Counted from the first letter of the stretch, positions 42,962-53,985 are shown. The stretch is 54,821 bases of DNA from Collinsella sp. (GCA_048373195.1 DBGDZK010000183.1:1-54821); one strand, 5' to 3'. The notes: generated from the letters alone by a model not told the origin. Translations and numbers: made by a program.

Positions 42962-44413
42962 ATGGCGGACAAGAACGCAGAAGTTGCAGTCGAGGATAAC
43001 GGCGGCATGAAGAAAACGCTTTCGCTCTGGAACTTCTTCACCATCGGCTTCGGTGCCATCATCGGTACCGGTTGGGTTCTGCAGGTCGGCGACTGGATGG
43101 TCGTGGGCGGCGGTCCCGTTCCCGCTATGATCGCATTCCTCTTGGGTGCAATCTTCCTCGTGCCCGTCGGAGCTGTTTTCGGTGAGCTCACGGCTGCTAT
43201 CCCCATCTCAGGCGGCATCGTCGAGTATGTCGATCGTAGCTTTGGCCGTACGCTGAGCTACATCACCGGATGGCTTTTGGCCCTGGGCAACGGCATCCTG
43301 TGCCCGTGGGAGGCCATCGCCATTTCGACCCTCGTGTCCGAGATGTTCGGCAGCCTGCCCGGCCTTGAGTGGCTGCGCGCCATCAAGCTCTACACCATCC
43401 TGGGGGCCGACGTTTACCTGTTCCCGACGCTGATCGCGCTCGGCTTTGCAGTCTACGTCATCTTCCTCAACTTCCGCGGTGCCAGCTCGGCTGCCAAGCT
43501 CCAGGCCTTCCTGACCAAGGCTCTGCTCTGCGGCATGCTGCTCGCCATGGGCGTCTCGCTGTTCACCGGTTCGCCGGACAACGCCATGCCCGTGTTCTCC
43601 CAGGTCACCGGCGCTGGCGGCGGCAAGGCCGCTACCGAGAGCACCAGCCTGTTTGCCGGCATCGTGTCGGTCCTGGTTCTGACCCCGTTCTTCTACGCCG
43701 GCTTCGACACCATTCCTCAGCAGGCTGAGGAAGCAGCCGAGGGCCTTAACTGGAACAAGTTCGGCAAGATCATCTCCCTGGCCCTGCTGGCCGCCGGCGG
43801 CTTCTACATGGTCTGCATTTACTCGTTCGGCACTATCCTTGACTGGCACGAGTTTGTTAAGAGCCCGGTTCCCGCGCTTGCCTGCCTCAAGGGCATCAAC
43901 ATGCTCCTGTACCTGGCCATGCTCGTCATCGCTACGCTTGGACCCATGGGTCCGATGAACTCCTTCTACGGCGCCACGAGCCGCATCATGCTCGCCATGG
44001 GCCGCAAGGGCCAGCTGCCCGAGCAGTTCGCCGAGGTCGACCCCAAGTCCGGCGCTCCCAAGCTCGCCTGCGTCGTTCTGGGCGCCATCACCGTCGTCGG
44101 TCCGTTCCTGGGCAAGAACATGCTCATCCCTCTGACCAACGTGTCGGCTCTCGCCTTCATCTTCTCCTGCGGCATGGTCGCCCTCGCTTGCCTGCGCATG
44201 CGCTTCACCGAGCCCGACCTGCCTCGTCCCTACGAGGTGCCCGGCGGCAAGTTTGGCATCGGCCTCGCTATCGCTGCCTGCGCCATCATCATCGGCCTGC
44301 TCGTGATTCCGTTCTCTCCCGCCTCCCTCAACATGGTGGAGTGGAGCATCGTGATCGGCTGGCTGGCCGTCGGCCTGGCTCTCATGGCCTTCACCAATTC
44401 CCGCAAAAAGTAA
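42962..44413 (+). CDS. APC family amino-acid permease
   Basis: GAIIGTG, FYAGFD and ~12 TM helices. Confidence 0.92.
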   Translation: MADKNAEVAVEDNGGMKKTLSLWNFFTIGFGAIIGTGWVLQVGDWMVVGGGPVPAMIAFLLGAIFLVPVGAVFGELTAAIPISGGIVEYVDRSFGRTLSYITGWLLALGNGILCPWEAIAISTLVSEMFGSLPGLEWLRAIKLYTILGADVYLFPTLIALGFAVYVIFLNFRGASSAAKLQAFLTKALLCGMLLAMGVSLFTGSPDNAMPVFSQVTGAGGGKAATESTSLFAGIVSVLVLTPFFYAGFDTIPQQAEEAAEGLNWNKFGKIISLALLAAGGFYMVCIYSFGTILDWHEFVKSPVPALACLKGINMLLYLAMLVIATLGPMGPMNSFYGATSRIMLAMGRKGQLPEQFAEVDPKSGAPKLACVVLGAITVVGPFLGKNMLIPLTNVSALAFIFSCGMVALACLRMRFTEPDLPRPYEVPGGKFGIGLAIAACAIIIGLLVIPFSPASLNMVEWSIVIGWLAVGLALMAFTNSRKK

Positions 44414-44544
44414 CGCCGAGCCGGGGCGGATCAGGTGCGCGGGACCCTCTCTTCCGCGCACCGAACCCGGCACCACTTGGGTAGCTTTGTGAGGCCTTAA
44501 CCCAACACGGCCTCGCCCACTATATGGATCCATAAGGAGGAACC

Positions 44545-45822
44545 ATGTCCACTAAGTATGCAATCGTTGGCGGTAAGCTCATCGACGGTACCGGTGCCGA
44601 GCCGGTCGAGAACTCCCTCGTTCTCGTCGACGACAACGGCAAGATCGAGTACGCCGGTGCTATGCAGGACCTTCCCGAGGGCGTTGAGGTTATCGACGCC
44701 GCTGACAAGACCGTCCTTCCCGGCCTGATCGACACCCATCTGCACTTCTCGGGCAACCTGACCGACGATGACACCGATTGGGTCATGCAGCCGCTCCTCG
44801 AGAAGCAGGCCGTCGCCGTCAAGCAGGCCTACGACTGCCTCACCCACGGCCTCACCACCGTCTGCGAGATCGGCCGCTTTGGTATCCAGATCCGTGACTG
44901 CATCGACAAGGGCGTCTTTAAGGGCCCGCGCGTTCTGGCCACCGGTCTGGGCTTCTGCCGTGTTGCCGGCCACGGCGACTCCCACCACTGCAGCCAGGAG
45001 CTCAACAAGGAATCGCACCCCTGGGGCGATCAGGTCGACGGTCCTTGGGATCTGCGCAAGGCCGTCCGCCGTCGCCTGCGTGAGAACCCCGATGCCATCA
45101 AGATCTGGGCAACCGGTGGTGGCATCTGGCGCTGGGACTCTGGTCGCGACCAGCACTATTGCTCCGAGGAGATCCGGGCCGTGGTCGAAGAGGCAAAGAT
45201 GGTCGGCATCCCCGTGTGGAGCCACTGCTACAACAACCACGCCGCTGCCTACGATTCCGTTCGCTTTGGCTGCGAGCAGCTGATTCACGGCTTCGATATC
45301 GATGAGCGCACCATGGACCTCATGGCCGAGCAGGGCACCTTCTTCACTCCGACGATCGCCTTCCTGCCCACCTGGTACGCCACCTATCCGCCCGTCTACG
45401 TTCCCGAGCTGCACGACAAGTACGAGGGCACCCTGGTCGAGAAGGAGCTGCAGCGCAACTACGACTGCCTGCGCGAGGCCAAGAAGCGCGGCGTCGTCAT
45501 GACGATCGGCTCCGACTCCTTCTCCTTCGTCACCCCGTACGGCACTTGCTCCATCGAGGAGATGTACGAGTTCGTCGACAAGATCGGCTTCACTCCGGTC
45601 GAGACCATCACCTGCGCCACCCTCAACGGTGCCAAGATGTGTCACATCGAGGACGAGACCGGTTCCATCGAGGCCGGCAAGTGCGCCGACCTGCTGGTCG
45701 TCAACGGTGACGTCGCCGCCGACATCCACGTGCTCAACACCGACAACATGGACGTCATCATGAAGGACGGCTGGATTGTCGAGGGCGGCACCTTCGGCGA
45801 GGCAAACAAGTACAGCGCCTAA
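44545..45822 (+). CDS. Metal-dependent amidohydrolase (Xaa-Pro dipeptidase-like subgroup)
   Basis: PGLIDTHLH, IKIWATGG, IGSD, GSIEAGKCADLLV. Confidence 0.9.
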   Translation: MSTKYAIVGGKLIDGTGAEPVENSLVLVDDNGKIEYAGAMQDLPEGVEVIDAADKTVLPGLIDTHLHFSGNLTDDDTDWVMQPLLEKQAVAVKQAYDCLTHGLTTVCEIGRFGIQIRDCIDKGVFKGPRVLATGLGFCRVAGHGDSHHCSQELNKESHPWGDQVDGPWDLRKAVRRRLRENPDAIKIWATGGGIWRWDSGRDQHYCSEEIRAVVEEAKMVGIPVWSHCYNNHAAAYDSVRFGCEQLIHGFDIDERTMDLMAEQGTFFTPTIAFLPTWYATYPPVYVPELHDKYEGTLVEKELQRNYDCLREAKKRGVVMTIGSDSFSFVTPYGTCSIEEMYEFVDKIGFTPVETITCATLNGAKMCHIEDETGSIEAGKCADLLVVNGDVAADIHVLNTDNMDVIMKDGWIVEGGTFGEANKYSA

Positions 45823-45940
45823 GCTACCGTTCATCGATGGCTTGATGTAAAACACAGTATTTGATTGCATAATGCAATGGAGAGGGTCGCTTGCGGCCCT
45901 CTTTATTGCTATGGGGTGCGTCGGTAAGAAGGAGATGACG

Positions 45941-47326
45941 GTGGATCTCAATAGGCTGATTCTGGGCAAGAGCTACAACTCTACCAAGGTCTTTCGTACC
46001 GCTCAGCATGTGGTTCAAGCCATTTTGCTCGGTATTGTCGTTCCGCTGCTTATCCTGCTGCTCATCTGGGATCTAACCGATAATCCCAATCCCGTTCCGG
46101 CCGTTGTCGTCATTGCCGGCTTGGTCATGCTGTGCTTCTTCTTCTCGTACGTCTTTGTCGTTCCCGACGACCTCACATCGAGCGCAACCGACCGCACGCT
46201 CGCCATCGCTTCAAAAATATTCGCCTACACGTCGCGCGGCCTTACGCCCGAAGCTGCCCTAGGCGCCTCTAAGATCATCCTGTCCGAAACTATCGCCTCT
46301 GCCATCTGCTTTACCGACGGCAAGCAGGTGTTGGCAAGCTGGGGCGAGGACTCGGCAAAATGCCCCGCGGGCACCCCGGTGGTGCTGCGGACTACGCTCA
46401 ACGTGATCAACAGCGGTGAGCAAAGCGTGTTCTCGCGCGATGCCTCGACCGAGACAGGTGGCTACTTTCCGCGCCTGCGCGCCGGTATTGTCGCACCGCT
46501 TACCGTGCGCGGGCATTGCGTGGGCACGCTCGAGCTGTATTATCCCCGTCTGAGCAGCATCGATATGCGCCAGACGGCGCTTGCCTCGGGCTTTGCCGAC
46601 CTCATTTCCACGCAGCTTGCGAGCTTTGAGCTCGAGCGCCAGGACGAGCTTACGGCCCGCGTGGAGCTGCGCGCCTTGCAATCGCAGGTCGATCCTCATT
46701 TTCTGTTTAACACCATCAGCACCATCGTGTCGCTCGTACGTACCGAGCCGGACAAGGCCAGGTCGCTGCTGATCGACTTTTCCAATTACTACCGTCAGAC
46801 GCTTTCTGATTCCGATACCCTCACAACGCTCGAGCACGAGGTGGAACAGGGCACTCGCTATATCAATCTTATGCAGGCCCGGTATGGCGACGGCCGTCTG
46901 CGCGTCTCGGTCGATATCGACTTTGAGGTGCGCGATTGCATGGTGCCGCCGTTTATCTTGCAGCCGTTGCTCGAAAACTGCATCAAGCACGCGCAGCGCG
47001 AGACCGAGCCGCTTTCTATTCATGTTAGGGCTTTCGAGACCGATGACGGTTTGGAGATCATCGTCGAGGACGATGGCATCGGTATGAGCGAAGAGGTCTG
47101 CGCGCATCTGTTTGAGCAACATCGCCTGGAAGAGCCCGAGAGCATTACCGCCGACGGCTCCGTCAAGCGAGGTTGCGGCCTGGCGCTCTTCAACGTGCTT
47201 CAGCGCATCCATTTCTTTTACGGAGAAGATTCCGGCATGCGCGTGAAGTCCCAGGAGGGCGTGGGAACGCAGGTCATCGTCGAGCTGAACGGCGAGCCGC
47301 ATGAGCCTGCGCCGTTGACGGCGTAG
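45941..47326 (+). CDS. LytS/YehU-type sensor histidine kinase
   Basis: LQSQVDPHFLFNT, LQPLLENCIKH, DDGIG; two TM helices and a GAF-like region. Confidence 0.92.
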   Translation: MDLNRLILGKSYNSTKVFRTAQHVVQAILLGIVVPLLILLLIWDLTDNPNPVPAVVVIAGLVMLCFFFSYVFVVPDDLTSSATDRTLAIASKIFAYTSRGLTPEAALGASKIILSETIASAICFTDGKQVLASWGEDSAKCPAGTPVVLRTTLNVINSGEQSVFSRDASTETGGYFPRLRAGIVAPLTVRGHCVGTLELYYPRLSSIDMRQTALASGFADLISTQLASFELERQDELTARVELRALQSQVDPHFLFNTISTIVSLVRTEPDKARSLLIDFSNYYRQTLSDSDTLTTLEHEVEQGTRYINLMQARYGDGRLRVSVDIDFEVRDCMVPPFILQPLLENCIKHAQRETEPLSIHVRAFETDDGLEIIVEDDGIGMSEEVCAHLFEQHRLEEPESITADGSVKRGCGLALFNVLQRIHFFYGEDSGMRVKSQEGVGTQVIVELNGEPHEPAPLTA

Positions 47327-47364
47327 CACGCGGTTGGATTGAGAGAAAAAGAGGGGAAGCACAT

Positions 47365-48099
47365 ATGTCCGAAGGCTGGAACATCTTGGTGGTTGATGAC
47401 GAGCCTCCCATTAGGGCTGAGCTACGCTATCTGTTGGAAAAGGATACGCGTGTGGGTCAGATTGCCGAGGCGGGCAATGTCACCGAAGCCGTGGAGTCGA
47501 TTCTGTCGAACAAGCCCGACGTGTTGTTTTTAGACATTACCATGCCCGGTCGCTCGGGAATTGAGCTTGCCGAGACGCTGCAGAACCTAAAGACGCCGCC
47601 GGTGGTTGTGTTTGTGACGGCGTTTGCCGAATTTGCCGCTGATGCGTATAACCTCGATGCGGTCGACTATGTCGTCAAGCCGGTCGAGGACGCACGCCTG
47701 TCAAAGGCACTCGACAAGATCGAGGCAGCCTTGGGTGCCCGTCGTGTTATCCACGCTCCGCGCCAGCCTTTGCGTCTGACGGTGGACCGCGGGGGCAAAA
47801 AGGTGTTCATTCCCGCCGCAGACGTCTGCTACTTTGAGGCGCGCGCCGATTTTTGCAACGCCATCTGCGCCGAGGGAACGTACCTGATCAATGAGTCGAT
47901 CTCTTCGCTCGAGCGTCGCTTGGTCTCCGAGGGCTTTATTCGCGTTCATCGCAGCTATCTGGTCAATTTGGAAGACGTGCACAATGTCGAGATCGGTTCC
48001 ACGGGTCTTATGGAGCTCAGACTCGATCGCGTAACCTCGACGGTGCCCGTGTCCCGCCGTCGCGCTGCCGAGGTTAAAGCACACTTGGGGCTTGCGTAG
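47365..48099 (+). CDS. LytTR response regulator
   Basis: VDDE, FLDITMP, FIRVHRSYLVN, PVSRRR. Confidence 0.95.
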   Translation: MSEGWNILVVDDEPPIRAELRYLLEKDTRVGQIAEAGNVTEAVESILSNKPDVLFLDITMPGRSGIELAETLQNLKTPPVVVFVTAFAEFAADAYNLDAVDYVVKPVEDARLSKALDKIEAALGARRVIHAPRQPLRLTVDRGGKKVFIPAADVCYFEARADFCNAICAEGTYLINESISSLERRLVSEGFIRVHRSYLVNLEDVHNVEIGSTGLMELRLDRVTSTVPVSRRRAAEVKAHLGLA

Positions 48100-48191
48100 A
48101 CGGTCTGCATGCCGTCGTTTACCATCGCAGGTTTGGCATGGGCGCGCGGTGGGCATAATGGGTGGCATCGAATGAAATCGAAAGGATCATT

Positions 48192-49136
48192 ATGCCCGCG
48201 CTTATCACCCATCATCTGTTTGGCGAGGAAAGCATCGACCGTCTTCCGCAGGGCGTCATCACGTCCGATGAAGAGCGCATTGCCTTTATCTTGGGCAACC
48301 AAGGCCCCGACCCGTTTTTCTTTCACATTCTGACACCGCGTGTTTCCGACTGCACGCTGCTGGCGCAGGTCATGCATCGGTCGCGTATGTCTCGCCAGTT
48401 CGCGTGCCTGCGCGACGGCGTGTCGCATCTGCTGCCGCGCGACGCCAGCTTGGGTCGCGCCTTTGCGCTGGGCCTGCTGTCTCATTACGTGCTCGACCGC
48501 AACGCCCATCCCTTTGTCTATGAGCAGCAGTTTGGCATCGTGGAGTCCGATTCAGAGCTTGAGGATTCGAGCAGTCAGGTCCATGCCGTGATCGAGAGCG
48601 ACCTGGATGTACTGATGCTGCAGCTTAAACGCGATGGCGCTACGGTCGACGATTACCCGCCGGCGGGCGAGATCGTCACTACCGATCGCATCAATCGCGT
48701 GGCCGGCGTGCTGATGAGCTATGTTGCCGGACGCGTGTACGGCATTGACATTCCGGCGGGGGAGTACGGTGCTGCCGTTGCCAATATGCAGCGACTTTAC
48801 CGCGCGATTGAGCCGGCCGGCTCCGCAAAGACGCGCGCGATCTCGCTGGTTGAGGGCTTGGTGCACGATTACTCGCTGCTCGACGGCCTTGCTCATCGCG
48901 TGACGACGGAGTTGCCCGAGCGCACCGGTAACCTGGGCCATCTGACATGGAAGAATCCCTTTACCGACGAGGTCTCGAACGAGAGTTTCCCCGAGGTCTT
49001 TGATCGCGCGCTGGGCGATTACGAGTGCACGGTCGCACGTTTTATCGAGACCGGTGACATGGATGCCGTGACCAGTCACGTCAACTACAGCGGTCGCGTG
49101 CTCAATGCCGATGAGGAGTTCGACCGCGAGGAATAG
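48192..49136 (+). CDS. Zinc-dependent phospholipase C family protein
   Basis: MPALITH, GNQGPDPFFF, HYVLDRNAHPFV, HAVIE. Confidence 0.8.
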   Translation: MPALITHHLFGEESIDRLPQGVITSDEERIAFILGNQGPDPFFFHILTPRVSDCTLLAQVMHRSRMSRQFACLRDGVSHLLPRDASLGRAFALGLLSHYVLDRNAHPFVYEQQFGIVESDSELEDSSSQVHAVIESDLDVLMLQLKRDGATVDDYPPAGEIVTTDRINRVAGVLMSYVAGRVYGIDIPAGEYGAAVANMQRLYRAIEPAGSAKTRAISLVEGLVHDYSLLDGLAHRVTTELPERTGNLGHLTWKNPFTDEVSNESFPEVFDRALGDYECTVARFIETGDMDAVTSHVNYSGRVLNADEEFDREE

Positions 49137-49237
49137 GGCCCGTGCGTGCCCCTTTGCCGAATCCTTACCGGCGGTTCTGGACAATTGGGGTACGATGAAC
49201 TAACTGCATATCGGGCGAATACGAAGGGTCCCTGTCC

Positions 49238-50497
49238 ATGAAATACACCAAGCTCGAGCGTAACTGGGTTATGTATGATGTGGGCAATTCGGCCCTTGTG
49301 CTGCTCAATACCTCGGTGGTGCCCATTTACTTTAACGCCATCAATACCGGCGCTTCCTCGGCCGACCTGGTGGTCGCCTGGGGCAATGCGCAGACGATCG
49401 CCTCGCTGGTCATTGCCATGCTCATGCCCATTCTGGGCGCGCTTGCCGACTACGCAGGCAACAAGATCAAGTTCTTCTTGGGCTTCTTCCTCACGGGCCT
49501 GGTTCTTTGCTTGGCGCAGGCTATCCCAATGTCCGCCATGGCATTTTTGACCGTGTACGTGCTGTGCACCATCGGCCTTAACTCTTCTATGACGTTCTAC
49601 GACGCCATGCTGCCCGACATTACCACCGACGAGCGCATGGACGCCGTGTCCAGCTCGGGCTATGCCTGGGGCTACATCGGTTCCACTGTGCCGTTCGTCA
49701 TCTGCCTGGCGCTCATCATGGGTGGCCCCGCTCTTGGCGTCCCTACCATGCTGGCAACGCGTCTGTCGTTTATCATCACTGGTGCCTGGTGGCTCATCTT
49801 TACCCTGCCGCTCATTCGCACCTATAAGCAAAAGTACGGTCGCGAGCGCGGTCCCGAGGACACTATCGGCCACATCGTGGGCGGTGTGTTCTCCGAGGTC
49901 GGACACACCATGCGCGAGATCGCCCACAACAAGACCGTGCTGGTCTACATGATTGCGTTCTTCTTCTATATCGACGGTGTGCACACGGTCATTTCCATGG
50001 CTACCAGCTACGGCTCGGCTTTGGGCATCGATTCGACGCAGCTGGTGCTGGCGCTGCTCGTTACGCAGTTCGTGGCCTTTCCGTCCGCCATCATCTACGG
50101 CAAGCTCGCCGGACGCGTGGGCACGCTCAACATGATCCTGGTGGCAGTCGCCGCCTACATGGGCATTGTGCTGTTCGCCGCGTTCTTCCTAAAGACCGCC
50201 TTTGAGTTCTGGGTGCTTGCCATTATGGTCGGCCTGTTCCAGGGCGGCGTGCAGGCGCTCAGCCGTAGCTACTTTGGTCGCATTATCCCCAAGGAAAAGT
50301 CCAACGAGTACTACGGCTTCTTTGACATCTTTGGTCGTTATGCAAGCGTCATGGGTACCTTCCTAGTGTCGGTCGTTACCTCGCTGACCGGCAACCCGTC
50401 GCTGGGCGTCCTTTCCATTGGCGTGCTGCTGGTCGTTGGCTTTATGCTGCTGGTCCGCCTGTCCCGCATGACTCGGGCGGCAGAGCATGCCGCATAG
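49238..50497 (+). CDS. MFS transporter (UMF1/Atg22-like)
   Basis: WVMYDVGNS, FYDAMLP, GYAWGYIG, QALSRSYF. Confidence 0.88.
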   Translation: MKYTKLERNWVMYDVGNSALVLLNTSVVPIYFNAINTGASSADLVVAWGNAQTIASLVIAMLMPILGALADYAGNKIKFFLGFFLTGLVLCLAQAIPMSAMAFLTVYVLCTIGLNSSMTFYDAMLPDITTDERMDAVSSSGYAWGYIGSTVPFVICLALIMGGPALGVPTMLATRLSFIITGAWWLIFTLPLIRTYKQKYGRERGPEDTIGHIVGGVFSEVGHTMREIAHNKTVLVYMIAFFFYIDGVHTVISMATSYGSALGIDSTQLVLALLVTQFVAFPSAIIYGKLAGRVGTLNMILVAVAAYMGIVLFAAFFLKTAFEFWVLAIMVGLFQGGVQALSRSYFGRIIPKEKSNEYYGFFDIFGRYASVMGTFLVSVVTSLTGNPSLGVLSIGVLLVVGFMLLVRLSRMTRAAEHAA

Positions 50498-50668
50498 GAG
50501 CGAGCGGCTATTGTGCCTGTCCACGGTACTCTTTTGGGGTTATCCGCAATAAACATTGCGACTTGCGAGCAATGATTTGCCCAAGTGGGTATGATGGAAT
50601 CAGCTAGGTCGCGGGGCGTCGCCTGTGTTTGGCGGCGTCCCGTTTTTGTGTTGCAGGGAGGGTAAGGC

Positions 50669-51856
50669 ATGAACGCCACGGTCGTGATTCCAACGTATTG
50701 GGCGGGCGATGACGCTTGCGCAAACGCCCCTGGCACCTATGATCATTCGACGCGACTCAACGCCGACAATCCCGAACTCGACCGCTGCCTGGCCTCGCTT
50801 GAGCAGGTACGTGACATCCCGCGCATCATCCTTTTGGTGGTCTGTCCCGTTTCTGCCACAGCCGATGTGTCGCTGCGCGTGCGCGAGATTGTCGACGCGC
50901 ATCCCACGCTCAAGGTCACCGTTGTCACCAACACCCAGGCCTCGCGCATCGCAGACCGGGTTGCTCAGATCGCGCCCAAGGGTTCGGGCGAGTGCGTGAG
51001 CCTGCGAGGCTACGGTGCCATCCGCAACATGGGGCTAGCCTGTGCCGCTGTGCTGGGGCATGACGCGGTTATCTTTTTGGATGACGATGAGACTGTCATC
51101 GACGCCGACTTTATGAAGCGCGCGACCTATGCACTGGGCCAGCAGACGCGTCAAGGCCTGCCGATTTTGGTTAAGAGCGGTTACTTTTACGATCGAGACG
51201 GATTGCCGTTGGCGCCCACAGACAAGGTGGGCATTTGCCATCGTTGGTGGACCAAACGCATCGAGTTTAATCGCTGGATGAAAAAGGCGCTCTCGGGCAC
51301 CCGTATCTCTCGTTCAAACTACGTGTGCGGCGGCCTTGTGGCGCTTCATGCCCGCGCCTTTACCCGTGTGGCGTTTGACCCGTTTATCACCCGAGGCGAG
51401 GACCTAGATTACCTCTTTAATATGCGCATGTTTGGCTACGACGTGTGGTTTGACAACGAGTGGGTCGTTCGTCACCTGCCGCCCGAGTCCGAGAAGCGCT
51501 CGCCGCGCTTTATGCAGGATGTGTACCGTTGGTACTACGAGCGTGCCAAGCTGACGTTTGCCGCGCACCAGCAGGAGCTCGTTCCCGTCACGGCCGCGTC
51601 GCTCATGCCCTATCCGGGCCCGTGGATTTCGCGCGAGCTCGACGACCGCGTGCGCAAAACCGCCATGGTCCGCAGCATGTTTACCCGCGAGCACGAGGGA
51701 TACCTGCGCATTTGGCGTCACGGTATTGACGAGGCCAAGACCTACGCGCGCCAAAACGCTGCAAGCTACCTGCGTTTCCAGAGCTTTTGGCCCAAGATCA
51801 TGGACGGGCTTTGGCGTGACGCACAACTGATCAGTATCCTGGAGGGGGCCGAATGA
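50669..51856 (+). CDS. Glycosyltransferase family 2-like protein
   Basis: VVIPTY, YGAIRN, FLDDD, RGEDLDY. Confidence 0.8.
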   Translation: MNATVVIPTYWAGDDACANAPGTYDHSTRLNADNPELDRCLASLEQVRDIPRIILLVVCPVSATADVSLRVREIVDAHPTLKVTVVTNTQASRIADRVAQIAPKGSGECVSLRGYGAIRNMGLACAAVLGHDAVIFLDDDETVIDADFMKRATYALGQQTRQGLPILVKSGYFYDRDGLPLAPTDKVGICHRWWTKRIEFNRWMKKALSGTRISRSNYVCGGLVALHARAFTRVAFDPFITRGEDLDYLFNMRMFGYDVWFDNEWVVRHLPPESEKRSPRFMQDVYRWYYERAKLTFAAHQQELVPVTAASLMPYPGPWISRELDDRVRKTAMVRSMFTREHEGYLRIWRHGIDEAKTYARQNAASYLRFQSFWPKIMDGLWRDAQLISILEGAE

Positions 51857-53196
51857 TCGACCGCCGCGCCCAGCGCGATAGTTCAATATCAATCTTTCGC
51901 ATCATTGCCGTTGCCTGCGCCATTTGTGTGCTGGTGTACTTTATTTTTGCCTTGGTGACCGGTATCGAGCCGATCGCCACGGTGATTGCCTGCGCGCTGC
52001 TGTGCATCTTTCTGTGCATCTTTATCTTTTTGACGCTCAATCCCGATTCGGTGCGCTCCCAGTACACCGAGGAGACGCTCTCGGTGGCCTCGGCCATGCT
52101 CGAGGACATTAAGGGCGGTCTGACGCAGGAGTCGGCGCGTTTGGTGTGCCGGCGCATTTTGCCCGAGACGCGCGCCATGACGGTGGCCATCACCGACGAG
52201 GACAACGTGCTTGCCTGCGCGGGCGAGTTTGAGGAAAAACTGCTGCCCGATACTCCCATCCACACGCTTGCCACACGCTACGTTATCGAACATGGCATCG
52301 TGCAGTCGTTCAACCGTATGGTGGATGTCGTGGGCTCGGACGGCTCGCACAACCAAGTCCCCGCCGGCATTATCGCCCCCATCAAGGTGGGCGATCGTAC
52401 CGTCGGCACGCTCAAGTTCTACTACAAGACCCCGCGCGCCGTCGACCGTACCCAGTATGCGCTTGCCTCGGGCTTTGCCGAGATCTTGTCCACGCAGCTC
52501 GCCATCCACGAGCTCGAGGTGCAAAAGGAACTCACGGCGCGCGCCGAGGTGCGTGCGCTGCAGGCGCAGATTAACCCGCACTTCCTGTTCAACACGCTGA
52601 ACACCATTGCATCGTTTACGCGCACCGACCCGCTGCGGGCCCGCGAACTGCTTCGTGAGTTCTCATCGTTCTATCGTGCCACGCTCGACAACTCGGGATC
52701 GCTTATTCCGGTCTCGCGCGAGGTCGCACAGACCAAGCGCTACCTTACCTTTGAGAAGGCCCGCTTTGGCGAGGACCGCGTGCTTGCGACGTTCGATGTG
52801 TCCGAGGACGTGGAAGATACGCTGGTGCCGGCGTTCGTGATCCAGCCGATTGTCGAGAACGCCGTACGTCATGGTATGGGCGATGACGACGCCCTGAGGA
52901 TCGACGTGACCGTTCACCAAGACGGCGAGGATGCAATCTTGATTGCCGTGGCCGATAATGGCGTGGGCATGGATGAGGGTACCGCCGCCAGACTGTTTGA
53001 CGAGCGTTCTGCCCGTCCCGACGCCAGCTCTCCCCAGGGTGGCGGCGCCGGTGTGGCCATGCACAATATTTCGGAGCGCATCCATCGCTTTTATGGGCCG
53101 CACTCCTATACGCGTGTCGAATCGGCGCCGGGCAAGGGCACCAAAGTGCTCCTTCATCTTGATTTGTCAGAGAGCATCTTTGACATTCAAGAGTAA
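51853..53196 (+). CDS. LytS/YehU-type sensor histidine kinase (second paralog)
   Basis: LQAQINPHFLFNTL, IQPIVENAVRHG, DNGVG. Confidence 0.92.
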   Translation: MIDRRAQRDSSISIFRIIAVACAICVLVYFIFALVTGIEPIATVIACALLCIFLCIFIFLTLNPDSVRSQYTEETLSVASAMLEDIKGGLTQESARLVCRRILPETRAMTVAITDEDNVLACAGEFEEKLLPDTPIHTLATRYVIEHGIVQSFNRMVDVVGSDGSHNQVPAGIIAPIKVGDRTVGTLKFYYKTPRAVDRTQYALASGFAEILSTQLAIHELEVQKELTARAEVRALQAQINPHFLFNTLNTIASFTRTDPLRARELLREFSSFYRATLDNSGSLIPVSREVAQTKRYLTFEKARFGEDRVLATFDVSEDVEDTLVPAFVIQPIVENAVRHGMGDDDALRIDVTVHQDGEDAILIAVADNGVGMDEGTAARLFDERSARPDASSPQGGGAGVAMHNISERIHRFYGPHSYTRVESAPGKGTKVLLHLDLSESIFDIQE

Positions 53197-53268
53197 AATA
53201 AAAGGCTACGGGCTCAACGTCATGCGACGGATGCCCGGCGTAGTTAGTTGACGAAAGGTTTTATCCCT

Positions 53269-53985
53269 ATGCTGCGTGCGATGATTGTGGATGATGAGGC
53301 GCCGGCTCGCTCGGAGCTTCGCTTCCTGCTCGAGCAAACGGGCAAGATCGGCACGATCACGGAGGCGTCGAGCGTCCGCTCCGCCATCGAGATGCTTATG
53401 GAAAGTCGCGTGGATGTCGTGTTTCTCGATATCTCGATGCCCGGTGCCTCGGGCCTGCAACTTGCCGAGGCGCTGCATAAGCTCAAAAATCCGCCGGCGA
53501 TCGTGTTTGTGACTGCGTATAGTGACCATGCGGTCGAGGCATTCGACGTGGATGCCGTCGATTATCTGATGAAGCCGGTCGAGGAAGCTCGCTTGGATCG
53601 CGCGATCGAGAAGGTCATGCAACGCACCAAGCCGGTTACGGACAGCAAGGTGACCATCGAGCGTATCCCGGTGGAAAAGGGCGGCCGCAAGGTGCTCATT
53701 CCCGTGGACGACATTCGCTTTATCATGGCCAAGGACGATTACTCCTGCATCTATACCGTCGATGATCGCTTTTTGTCGACGACCTCGCTGGCGCAGTTTG
53801 AGGCCAAGCTCTGCGACTTTGGCTTCTTCCGTGTTCACCGCCGCTATATCGTCAACTTGGCGTGCGTCACGGATGTGGAGACGGTGCCCTCGGGCGCCAT
53901 CCAGCTGGGCATTACGGGCGTCGACGAACGCGTGCCGGTTTCGCGCCGCCGCGTCGTGCCGCTCAAGAAGGCTCTGAGTCTCTAG
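53269..53985 (+). CDS. LytTR response regulator (second paralog)
   Basis: VDDE, FLDISMP, FFRVHRRYIVN, PVSRRR. Confidence 0.95.
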   Translation: MLRAMIVDDEAPARSELRFLLEQTGKIGTITEASSVRSAIEMLMESRVDVVFLDISMPGASGLQLAEALHKLKNPPAIVFVTAYSDHAVEAFDVDAVDYLMKPVEEARLDRAIEKVMQRTKPVTDSKVTIERIPVEKGGRKVLIPVDDIRFIMAKDDYSCIYTVDDRFLSTTSLAQFEAKLCDFGFFRVHRRYIVNLACVTDVETVPSGAIQLGITGVDERVPVSRRRVVPLKKALSL

